Assembly: GCA_040005235.1 (NCBI GenBank)
Contig: JBDTZG010000058.1
Coordinates: 1-33,724, forward strand
DNA: 33,724 bases
Direction of reading: 5' to 3'
Source: Acidobacteriota bacterium
Lineage (GTDB): Bacteria; Acidobacteriota; Thermoanaerobaculia; Multivoradales; UBA5704
The notes beneath the pieces are model-generated. The model was not told the origin of the DNA, did not search any database, and saw only the letters and a program-made list of their open reading frames with translations. A program made the position numbers and the translations under genes. Shown one piece after another: positions 18,901 to 30,900 of this stretch. Positions within the stretch are counted from its first letter, which is position 1; each line of letters starts with the position of its first letter.

Positions 18901-21900
18901 TCCGCGGCTTCCGCATCGAGCCGGGGGAGATCGAAGCCGCTCTCGCCCGACATCCCGTCGTCCAAGAGGCGATCGTCCTCGCCCGCGAGATTCCAAACCT
19001 CGGCCTGACCCTGATCGCCTGGGTCCGCCCTCTGGCCGCTTTCGATTCCAACGAGCTGCGCCGCTACCTCGCCGCCCGCCTTCCTTCCTACATGGTGCCC
19101 GCCGCGTTCGTCGAGATCGCCGGATGGCCGCTCACGCCTACCGGCAAGATCGATCGGCGCGCGCTGCCCGATCCGTCGTTCGAATCCAACGCCGGGCGCA
19201 TCGCATTGCGCACGCCTACGGAGGAGATCGTCGCCGGGCTCTTTACCGAGCTGCTCGGAGTCGCCGAGATCGGTGTCGAAGACGACTTCTTTTCACTCGG
19301 CGGCCACTCGCTGCTCGCGACCCAACTGGCGTCCCGCATCCGCAAGACTTTCGATGTCGAGTTTCCCCTCGGTGAGCTTTTCGCTGCGGCCAGGGTCGCC
19401 GTGATCGCCGAGCGGATCGACGCGTTCTCGGGCGGTCCAATCGCGCCGCCTTTGAAAAGAAGAAAAGCGTCTGGTAAGGAGAACGAAGGCGAGCTTTCGT
19501 TTGCGGAAGAGCGGCTGTGGTTTCTCGACCGGCTCGAGCCGGGGACGGCGACTTACAACGTGGGTTTTCGGCTCGCGCTCGACGGACCGCTCGCGTTCGC
19601 TCCTTTCGTCGCGGCACTCTCCGCCGTGGTCGCCCGGCATGCGCGGCTTCGCACCCGGTTTGGCGAACGGGAGGGAAAGCCGTTCGCCGAGGCCGATTTC
19701 CCTCGTGTCTTTCCCGTGCCGCGGATCGACCTTTCCGCGATCGAAAGCCCAACGGAAGCCCTGCGCCTCGCCGCCGCCGAGGGTCGCCGGCCGTTCGATC
19801 TCGCGCGCGGGCCGCTGCTTCGCGTTGCTCTCCTCAGGCACGCTGCCGATCGGCACGACGCGCTGTTCGTGTTCCACCACATCGTGACCGATGGCTGGTC
19901 GATTTCGGTCTTCTCCCGTGAGATGGCGGAGCTGTATGCCGCCGCCATTGAGAAGCGGCCCGCACTTCTTCCCTCGTTGCCGATCGAGGTTGCCGATTGG
20001 GCAGCCTGGCAGCGCGACTGGCTTTCGGGCGAGGTCTACCTCCGGCAGCTCGCCTGGTGGCGCGAGCGGCTCGCGGGGGCGCCGGAGGTTCTTGACCTTC
20101 CGGTTGATCGGCCGAGGCCGGCATTGGCCAAGAGTCCTTCGTGGCTGGTGCGCCGCGAGCTTCCTTCGGCGCTCTTTTCTTCCGTCGTCGCCCGCTCTCG
20201 TGCGGCGGGCGCCACGCCGTTCATGCTTCTGCTCGCGGCTTGGGCCGGTTTGCTCTCGCGGCTGGGGGCGGGCAGAGACCTGGTGATCGGTGCGCCGATC
20301 GCAAACCGCAACCGGGCGGAGACCGAAGGGCTGATCGGCTTCTTCATCAACTCGCTGGCGTTGCGCATTTCGATCCCCGCCGAGGAGTCGCTAGGGGCCT
20401 TGGTCGAACGGACTCGCGAGGCGGCGCTCGGCGCGTACGCGCACCAGGACTTCCCGTTCGATCGCCTGGTCGCGGAGCTGGGCGGTGGGCGCGGCGTCAA
20501 AGTATCGCCGATTTTTCAGGTTTCTCTGGTGTTTCAGAACCTACCCGAACCGGTGCTGTTGCCGGGGCTTACGACGGCGATCGAACCGCTCGGCGGGGGT
20601 GTCGCGAAACTCGATCTTTCCCTCCTCCTCTCACCGGTTCGGGAGAGGGAGCAAGAGCGGCTGTCGGCGCTCCTGGAGATCAATCTCGACCTGTTCGATC
20701 CGGCGACCGGCGCTCGTCTGCTGCGCGGTTTCGAGGCGATGGTTGGGGAGGGGGTAGCGCATCCGGAGCGGTCGTTGGCGGATGCAGAGCTATTGGGCCA
20801 GCCGGAGCGGCATCAACTGCTCCTCGAATGGAAAGGAAAGAACCTCGATCTGCCGCCAATTCTCGTGCACGACTGGATCGCGAAGCATGCGCTGGAGCGG
20901 CCGGATGCGTTGGCCTTGGAATCGGAGCATGAGCCTGGGCGGCGGATGACCTGGGCGGAGGTCGCTACCCATACGGACGTGCTCGCGCGGCGGCTCGCCG
21001 GGTTGGGCGCCGGGCCGGAGAAGGTGGTCGCGGTGTCTCTGGAGCGCTCGATCGATCGGGTGCTGGCGATCTATGCGATCTGGAAGGCGGGGGCGTGTTA
21101 TCTGCCGGTCGATCCGGAGTTGCCGGCGGAGCGGCGGGCGTGGCTGCTGTCCCATGCGGGGGCGGTCGTGCTGATGGCGCGGGCGATACCGTCGGAGATG
21201 ACGGGTTGGATCGGGACGGTGGCGTCGCTTCTTCTCAGTAAGGAGAGCGGGTTGCCGGTGGACTTCGGACCGGAGGAGGATCCGCGGGCGGCGTTGCCGG
21301 AAAACCTTGCGTATGTGATCTATACGTCCGGATCGACCGGGGTGCCGAAAGGCGTGGGCATTTCGAATCGGAATGCGGCAGGGCACTTTGCGGCTGCTTG
21401 TGGTTTCTATCGGATGGATTCGACGGATCGGGTAGTGCAGTTTGCTTCGGCGAGCTTTGACGTCTCGATGGAGCAGGTGGGGTTGGCGCTCGCTTCCGGC
21501 GGAACGCTGGTGGTGCGCGGTCCGGAGCTGCCGCCACCTTTGGAGCTTTCGGCTTGGATGACGCGGTGGGGGATTACGAACGCCAATTTGCCGACCGCCG
21601 TTTGGACGGAGTGGAGCTGGTCGGATGCGCCGCTGCCGAGAGAGTTGCGCAATTTGGTGACCGGGGGCGAGGCGATGACCCCGGCGGCGGCCGAAAGATT
21701 CCGGTTGCGGCTGGCTGAGATGGACCCTCCGCCGGTCGTCTACAACGGCTATGGGCCGACCGAGACGGTGGTGACCGCCACCTGTTATGACTTGAGGTAT
21801 GGCCGGCTTCCGGAATCGGGCTCGGTTTCGATCGGCCGCCTGTTGCCCGCGCGAACCGGTTGGGTGGTGGGTGAAACAGGCGAGGTCCAGGCGCTCGGCG

Positions 21901-24900
21901 GCATCGGCGAGCTGGTGTTGGGCGGCTTGCTCGCGCGCGGCTATCTCGATCGGCCGGACCTTACCGCCGAGCGATTCCGTCCCAACCCTCTTACTGACGC
22001 TTCTTTCGGCGAGAGGCTCTACTGGACCGGCGACCGCGTAAGGCAGCGGGGAGACGGCTCGTTCGACTACCTCGGCCGTACCGACTATCAGATCAAGATC
22101 CGAGGATTCCGCATCGAGCCGGGAGAGATCGAGTCCGCGCTTGGCCAGCACCGCCAAGTCAAAGAGGCGATCGTCCTCGCGCGCGAACCGGCGGGGATCT
22201 CTGGGGCGGGTCAGCGATTGATTGCCTGGGTTCGTCCTCTCGTCGGTCTTCCCATCGATGCCTCCGAGCTGCGTCGCTTCCTATCGAGTCGCCTCCCCAA
22301 ATACATGGTGCCGTGGGCGTTCGTCGAGATCGCCGAATGGCCGCTCACCCCCACGGGTAAGATCGATCGCGGCGCGCTGCCCGATCCGGCGGCGGAGAGC
22401 GGTGGGCGGATCGCCCTTCGAACGCCGACCGAGGAGATCGTCGCCGGCCTTTTCGCCGAGCTCCTCGGCGTCTCGAACCCTGGCGCCGACGCTGATTTCT
22501 TTGTCCTCGGCGGCCACTCGCTGCTCGCCACGCAGCTCGCCTCTCGTTTGCGCACGACCTTCGCCGCCGAGATTGCCCTCGCCGAGCTTTTCGCCGGCTC
22601 GACCGTGGCAGCGATCGCCGGAAGGATCGATGCGCGAGCGGGCCGTCCCCAAGCTCCGCCGTTGCTGCGTACGGTTCGCTCCGGCGAGGTTGAACTTTCG
22701 TTCGGTCAGGAGCGGCTTTGGTTCCTCGATCGCTTGGAGCCGGGTCGCGCCACCTACAACGTGGGGCTCCGGCTCACGTTGGAAGGGGCTTTCGAACCTC
22801 CAGCGTTCGATGCGGCGTTGCAGAGAATCGTCGAGCGCCACGCTCCGCTGCGCAGCCGGTTCGGCGAGCGCGACGGGAAGCCCTACGCCGCGATCGAACC
22901 GGCCATGGCGCTCGACCTGCCGTGCATCGATCTGTCGGCGATTCAAAGCGACGTCGAAGCGGTGCGGATTGCCCAGGCCGAAGGGCGACGGCTGTTCAAT
23001 CTCGCGCGCGGTCCGGTCCTGCGAACGACGCTCGTGCGCCGCGCTCTCGACCGGCACGACGCGCTGTTGGTGTTTCACCACATTGGGACCGACGGCTGGT
23101 CGCTCGGCGTCTTCTCGCGCGAGCTGGCCGAGCTGTACGGCGCCGCGGTCGAGCGGCGGCCGGCGATCCTTCCCGCGCTGCCGATCGAGTATGCCGACTG
23201 GGCGGCTTGGCAGCGGGGATGGATGGCGGGAGAGGTCTACGACGCGCAGCTTGCCTGGTGGCGGGAGCGGCTTTCCGGCGCGCCGGAAAGTCTTGAGCTG
23301 CCGGCCGATCGTCCCCGCCCTCTAGCATCCCCTCGCCGGCCCGTGGCGGTTCTACGTCGCGAGCTGCCGCACGATCTATCGAAGGCGCTCGCCGCGCGCG
23401 CAAGGTCCTCCGGATCGACCCCATTCATGGCGCTTTTCACCTCGTGGGCGGCGCTTCTCACGCGCCTTGGAGCGGGCGACGACCTGGTGATCGGCACTGC
23501 CGTCGCGAATCGGAACCGTGCGGAGACCGAGGGGCTGATCGGTTTCTTCGTCAACTCGCTCGCGATCCGCATCGCGACGAACGGGCCTTCTTCTTTCGTT
23601 GAGCTTTTGTCTCGTGTGCGCGAGGCGGCGCTTTCCTCGTACGCCCATCAGGATTTCCCGTTCGACCGGCTGGTGGCCGAGCTGGGCGGCGTCCGCGGGG
23701 GGCACGCACCGCCGATCTATCAGGTATCGATGGTCTTTCAGAATCTGCCCGAGCCGGCGCTGTTGCCGGGACTTGCGACCACGTTCGAGGAGATCGGCGG
23801 TGAGACCGCGAAGCTTGATCTGGCCCTGACGGTGCTGCCGACGCGCGCTCCGGACGAGGGCCTCTCGGCGATCTTGGAGCTGAACCTCGATCTATTCGAT
23901 CCCGCGACCGGCACGCGGCTGCTCGCTGGGTTCGAGGCGATGGCAAGGGAGCTGGCGGAGCATCCGGAGAGGCGCCTGGCCGAGGTCGAGCTGTTGGGGC
24001 GGGCGGAGCGGCACCAACTGCTTATCGAATGGAACGCCGCGGAATGCGCGAGCGCGCCGAAGCGGATCCACGATTTTCTGTTTCGCAACGCGAGCGAGCG
24101 GCCGGAAGGTTCGGCACTCGAATCGGAAGATCCGGCGGGCCGGCGTTATTCCTGGGCGGAGCTGGACGCTGTAACCGGTCGGCTGGCAAGAAAGCTCGCG
24201 GGCCTGGGTGCCGGGCCGGAGCGGGTGGTTGGGGTGTCGCTTGAGCGCGGAGTCGATCGGCAGGTAGCCATTCTTTCGATCTGGAAGGCGGGCGCCTGCT
24301 ATCTGCCGGTCGATCCCGAGCTGCCGCGGGAGCGGCGATCGCTGCTGTTGCGCGATGCGGGGGCGGTGGTGCTGGTTCTTAGGGGCGAGACGTCGGAAGG
24401 GTTGGAGTGGATCGGGAGTGTGGCGCCGCTTCTTCTCAGCAAGGAGGGCGGTCTGCCGGTAGATCACGGACCGGAGGGGGAGCCGCGGGCGGCGGTGCCG
24501 GAAAACCTTGCGTACCTGCTCTATACCTCGGGCTCGACCGGTGTGCCGAAGGGCGTCGCAGTGACGCATTGCGACGCGGCGGAGCACTTCGGTGCGGCGG
24601 CGCGGTTCTATGACCTGGGAGCCGACGATCGAATCGTTCAGTTTGCGGAAGCAAGTTTCGACGTTTCGATGGAGCAGTTGGGGCTCGCGCTGGTCTGCGG
24701 CGCCACGCTGGTCGTGCGCGGTCCCGAGATGCCCGCGGAGCTTCCGGCCTGGCTCGATTGGCTGGGCATAACGGACGCGAACCTGCCGACCGCGGTCTGG
24801 AACGAGTGGGCGTTTTCCGACGCGCCGTTGCCCGAGAAGCTGCGTGTCCTGGTGGTGGGCGGCGAAGCGATGACTCCCGCGGCGGCAGCGCGGTTTCGCG

Positions 24901-27900
24901 AGAAGCTCGCCGCGAGCGCGAATCCCCCTCGGCTGTGGAACGCCTACGGCCCGACCGAGACGGTGGTGACCGCCACCTGCCAAGACGTGGCGGTCGGCCG
25001 GCTGGGCGAATCGGGGGCGGTCGCGATCGGCCGGGCGCTGCCAGGTCGCTCGGCTTTCGTCGTCGATGCATTGGGCGAGCCGCAGGCGCTTGGCGGGATC
25101 GGCGAGCTGGTGCTCGGGGGATTGCTCGCCCGCGGCTACCTCGACCGGCCGGACTTGACCGCCGAGCGATTCCGTCCCGATCCCTTCGCCGAAAAAGCCG
25201 GCGCGCGGGTCTATTGTACCGGCGACCGCGTCCGGCAGCGGGTCGACGGCTCGTTCGACTACCTGGGGCGCACCGACAGCCAGATCAAGCTGCGAGGAAT
25301 CCGCATCGAGCCGGGAGAGATCGAAGCGGCGCTCGGCCGGCACCGACAAGTCCAAGAGGCGATCGTCCTCCTTCGAGAAACGGGCACGGGCCGGCGGCTG
25401 ATCGCCTGGTACCGGCCTCACGGGGCGCTCGGGGCGCTTGGAGACGGCGGCGAGATCGATCCGGCCGACCTACGCCGCTTCGTCGCCGCCCAACTGCCCG
25501 CCGCCCTGGTTCCCTCGGCGTTCGTCGAAATGGCGGAGTGGCCGCTCTCGCCGACCGGCAAGATCGACCGCCGCGCTCTGCCGGAGCCGATGATCGATCG
25601 CGAGTCCGGCGAGCGTGTCGCCCTGCGCACGCCAACCGAAGAGATCGTCGCCGGTCTTTTCGCCTCGTTGCTTGGGACCGGTCCCGATCTTTCGGCCGAT
25701 GCGGATTTCTTCGCGCTCGGCGGCCACTCGCTGGTTGCAACGCAACTCGCATCGCGATTGCGACGAACGTTCCAGGTCGAGATTCCCCTCGGTGAGCTGT
25801 TCGCCGGCTCGACGGTCGCCGGCATTGCCGGGAGGATCGAGGCGCTCGCGAACATCGGTGCCCCGCCGCCGCCAGCCCTCCTTCCCGTTCCGCCGCGGCC
25901 GGCGGAGATCCCGCTCTCGTTTGCGCAGGAGCGGCTCTGGTTCCTCGACCGCTTGGAGCCGGACCCGGCGACTTACAACACGGGCTTTAGGCTGACGCTG
26001 AACGGCGCCCTGGACGAAGAAGCTCTCGCGGGAGCGTTCCGCGCGTTGATCGCCCGCCATGAGCCGCTGCGCACCCGCTTCGTCCTGGCGGAAGATCGGC
26101 CGATCCAGGAGATCGCTCCGCCCGAGGCGGCGGCGTGCGCATTTCGAATGCCGCGCATCGATCTATCGGCTGCCCCAAGTGCGGTGGAAGCGGCCCGGCT
26201 TGCCCGCGGTGAGGGGCGCCGGCCTTTCGATCTCTCGCGCGGGCCGCTGCTGCGAGTGGTGCGGGTAACTCTGGGTCGGGGAAAGAGCGAGCTGCAGCTG
26301 ATCCTCCACCACATCGCGACCGACGGCTGGTCGCTCGGCGTCTTCGCGCGCGAGCTGGCAGAACTGTACGCCGCCCGGGTCGAGCGCCGAGCGGTGACGC
26401 TGCCCGCTCTGCCGCTTGCGTACGCGGACTGGGCGATCTGGCAGCGCGCGTGGCTCTCGGGTGAGGTCTTCGACCGGGAGCTTGCCTGGTGGCGCGGGCG
26501 CCTGGCGGGTGCGCCGGAGGCGCTCGATCTGCCGTTCGACCATCCGCGACCCGCGCGGCCGGCGGGGCTTGGATGGATGGGCGACGGCGAGCTTTCGGCC
26601 GATCTGGCGAGCCGCCTGGCGGCGCGCGCCCGGAGCGCCGGATCTACCCTCTCGATGGCCCTGTTCGCCGCCTGGGCCGGCCTCCTTGCGCGCCTGGGTG
26701 CCGGGACCGACCTGGTGATCGCGCTGCCGATCGCGAACCGCAACCGGGCGGAGACCGAGGGGCTGATCGGGTTCTTCGTCAACACTCTGGCGCTCCGGAT
26801 CGAGATTCCGGAAAGCGGTGTCACCCTCGGCGGCCTGCTCGCCCGCGTTCGTGAGGCGGCGCTGCCGGCCTACGCGCACCAGGATTTTCCGTTCGAGCGC
26901 TTGGTGGCGAGCGCCGGAGCGCCGCACCCGCAGGTCTCGTTCGCTTTCCAAAACCTTCCCGCGCCGGTGCTGCTGCCGGGGATCGAAACGCAGGTCGAAG
27001 AGCTGGGCGGCGGTGGGGCGAAGTTCGATCTCGGCCTGATCGTGGTGCCTGATGCCGAGGGTCTCCTCACGCGGATCGAGATCTCGCTCGACCGGCTCGA
27101 TCCGGCGACCGGAGCGCGGTTGCTTCGCGGTTTCGAGGCGATGGTTGGGGAGTTGGCGAATGATCCGGGTAGATCGTTGGCGGAGGCGGAGCTGTTCGGA
27201 CCTGCGGAGCGGCATCAGCTGCTCGTCGAATGGAACGACGCGGATCTCGCGCTGCCGAAGGCGTTGGTCCACGATTGGATCGCCCGGCATGCCCGCGAGC
27301 GGCCGGACGATCCTGCGCTCGAATCGGAGCACGAGCCGCACCGCCGCTCTACCTGGCGCGAGGTGGAGGCGCAGGCCGATCGGCTGGCCCGGAGGTTGGC
27401 GGGGCTGGGAGCCGGACCGGAGCGGGTGGTCGGCGTGTCGCTGGAGTGGTCGGTCGATCGGGTGCTTAGCGTCTATGCGATCTGGAAGGCGGGCGCCTGC
27501 TATCTGCCGGTCGATCCGGATCTGCCGGTCGAGAGGAAGCGACTGCTGCTTGCCGATGCGAGAGCGGTGGCGCTTGTGGCCCGAGAGACGTCTGGGGATT
27601 TGGGATGGATCGGGCCGGCGGCGCTGCTTGTCCTCAGTAAGGAGAATGGGCTGCCGGTGGCTGCCGGGCCGGAGGAGGATCCGCGGACGGCGTTGCCGGA
27701 AAACCTTGCGTATCTGATCTATACCTCGGGCTCGACCGGCGTGCCGAAGGGGGTGGCGGTTTCGCATCGGGATGCGACGGGGCATTTTGCGGGCTCCACG
27801 GATTTCTATGGCTGGCGAGCCGACGATCGGGTGATCCTGCTCGGCGCGATCAGCTTCGATCTTTCGGTCGATCAGGTCGGCTGTGCCTTGGCGGCAGGGG

Positions 27901-30900
27901 CGACGCTGGTGGTGCGCGGTCCCCAGATGCCGGCTCCGGCGGATCTTTCGCGGTGGCTGGGCGATCTGCGGATCAGCTGCGCGACGTTGCCGACGCCGCT
28001 GTTCAACGAGTGGACCTTCGCGCCGGAGCCGCTGCCGAAAGCCCTTCGAATGCTCTACGCCGGGGGCGAAGCGATGAGCATCGCGGCGGCGGAGAGGTTT
28101 CGCGGGCGGGCAGGATTGGGGGCGCTGTTGGCCTTGAACGCCTATGGACCCACCGAGGCGGTGGTGGCCGCCACCTGCCACGACTTTCTCAAGGGCCGCC
28201 TGCCGGAGTCGGGCGCGGTGTCGATCGGTCGTTTGTTGCCTCGACGGAGCGCCTATGTGTTGGACGAAATCGGCGTGCCGGTGCCGCTCGGCGGCCTCGG
28301 CGAGCTGGCGCTCGGCGGCCTGCTCGCGCGCGGCTATCTCGATCGGCCGGACCTCACCGCCGAGCGATTCCGCCCCAATCCTTTTACTGACCAATTCGGA
28401 GCGAGAACCTATCGAACCGGCGATCGCGTGAGGAGGCGGGGCGACGGCTCGTTCGACTACCTCGGCCGCATCGACGGCCAAATCAAAATCCGCGGTTTCC
28501 GCATCGAGCCGGGGGAGATCGAAGCCGCGCTCGCCGCCCACTCTCAAATCAAAGAAGCGATCGTCCTCGTCCGCGAGACGCCGCGGATCGGCAAACGCCT
28601 GATCGCCTGGGTGCGGCCGCAGGACGCGCTCGACCCCGGCGAGATCGCCCGCTTTCTCAACCTACGCCTTCCCGCATACATGGTGCCCTCGGCATTCGTC
28701 GAGATCGCCGAATGGCCGCTTTCGCCCTCCGGAAAAGTCGATCGCCGCGCGCTGCCCGATCCCGCCTTCGAAACCGGCGCGCGGTCCTCCCTGCGCACGC
28801 CTTCGGAAGAGATCATTGCGGGTCTGTTCACCGAGCTTCTGGGAGCCACGGACCCTGGCGCGGACTCCGATTTCTTCGCCCTCGGCGGTCATTCGCTTCT
28901 CGCGACGCAGCTCACCTCCCGCCTACGAAGAACTTTCGAGGCCGAGCTTCCCCTCGCCGAGCTTTTCGCCGGCCCGACGGTGGCGGGGATCGCCGAACGG
29001 ATCGATGCGCTCGCCGGCCGGCCCCAGGAGTCCATCGCCCCTCTGGCCAGATCCCCGCGGCCCGCAGAGGTACCGCTTTCGTTCGCCCAGGAGCGTCTCT
29101 GGTTTCTCGATCGCCTGGAGCCCGGAACGGCCACGTATAACGTCGGCTTGAGGCTCACCCTCGGGGGTCCGTTGGTCCCTGCGGCGCTTGCCGCAGCGCT
29201 CGGCGCGCTAGTCGCGCGGCATGAGCCGCTGCGCACCCGGTACGTGATCTCCGGCGATTTGCCGTTCCAGAGAATCGATCCGCCGGGCGGTTTCTCGCTT
29301 CGAGCGGTCGATCTCGAAAGGCTCGATGAAAAGAGCGCCAGCCCGGAAGCCGAGCGCCTCGCGGCGTTCGAGGGCCGCCGGCCGTTCGATCTCGCGCGCG
29401 GGCCGGTCCTGCGTTCGGCCTTGATTCGCCGCGCCCCCGAGCGGCACGAAGTTCTTTTCGTGTTCCACCACATCGCGACTGACGGCTGGTCGATCGGCGT
29501 CTTCTCCCGCGAGCTGGTGGAACTGTATGCCGCCGCCTCGGCACGCCGCCCCTCGCGCCTGCCGCCGCTGCCGATCGAGTACGCCGATTGGGCCCTTTGG
29601 CAACGCACCCTGCTCGCCGGTCAGACCTACGATCGCCAGCTCGCCTGGTGGCGCGAGCGGCTCGCCGGAGCGCCCGAGGTGCTCGACTTGAGTCTAGACC
29701 GGCCGCGCCCGGCTCTGCCGAGACGGCGCGCCCGCACGATGCGTCGCGAACTTTCGGCCGACCTTTCGGCAGCCGTCGCCAGCCGGGCGCGAGCCGCGGG
29801 TGCCACTTCATACATGGTGCTGCTCGCCGCGTGGGCCGGCCTGCTCTCGCGGATGGGGGCAGGGAGCGATCTGGTTATCGGGCTGCCGATCGCAAACCGC
29901 AACCGGAAGGAGACTGAAGGGCTGATCGGATTTTTCGTCAACTCGCTCCCGGTGCGGCTGTCGACCGCGTCCGATCCCACTCTCGCCGAGCTTCTCACGC
30001 GCGCCCGGACCGCGGCGCTCGGGGCCTACGCGCACCAGGATTTCCCGTTCGATCGATTGGTTGCCGAGCTGGGCGGAGTTAGGGGCGGCGGCGTTCCGCC
30101 GATCTACCAGGTGTCGCTGATGTTTCAGAATCTGCCCGAACCGGCGATGCTGCCGGGTCTCCGGACTACGGCCGAGGAGCTGCGCGGTGGCCTCGCGAAG
30201 ATCGACCTGGGGCTCGCGGTGGTGCCCTTGCGCGAAGCGACGGGCGATCGGCTCGCGGCCCTCTTGGAGCTGAATCTCGATCTGTTCGACCCGGCGACCG
30301 GCGCGCGGCTGTTGCGCGGCTTCGAGGCGATCCTGGGGGAGGTTGCGGCGCACCCAGAGCGCGCCCTCGGAGAAGCGGTGCTGATCGGGGCGCCGGAGCG
30401 GCACCAGTTGCTCGCCGAATGGAACGACCGGGATCTCGCGCTCGCGCCGCGGGTGATTCACGACTGGATTGCGCGGCACGCGCGGGAGCGGCCGGACGAT
30501 CCGGCTCTCGAATCGGAGCACGAGCCGGGCCGGCGGTATTCGTGGCGGCAAGTCGCCTTTCACACGGATCTGTTGGCGAGAAGACTCGCAGGGCTCGGGG
30601 TGGGTCCCGAGAGAGTGGTGGGCGTGGCGCTCGAACGGTCGGTCGATCGGGTGCTCGCGATGTACGCGATCTGGAAAGCGGGTGCCTGCTATCTGCCGGT
30701 CGATCCGGATCTGCCTGTGGAGCGGCGGGCGCTGATGCTTGAAGATGCGCGGGCGGTCGTGCTGATCGCCAGGGATTTAACGCCGGATCTTTTGGGTTTG
30801 AGCGGAACGGTTGAGCCGCTTCTTCTCAGTAAGGAGAACGGGTTGCCGATGGACTTCGGACCGGAGGGGATTCCGCGAGCGGTCTTGCCGGAAAACCTTG

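Noticed and set aside
5257-28547. Long antisense ORFs (636, 453, 638, 659, 455, 509, 794 aa) and many short alternative-frame ORFs
   Set aside because: They are shadows of high-GC NRPS coding sequence, recur with the modules, are broken at different places, and show no recognisable domains.
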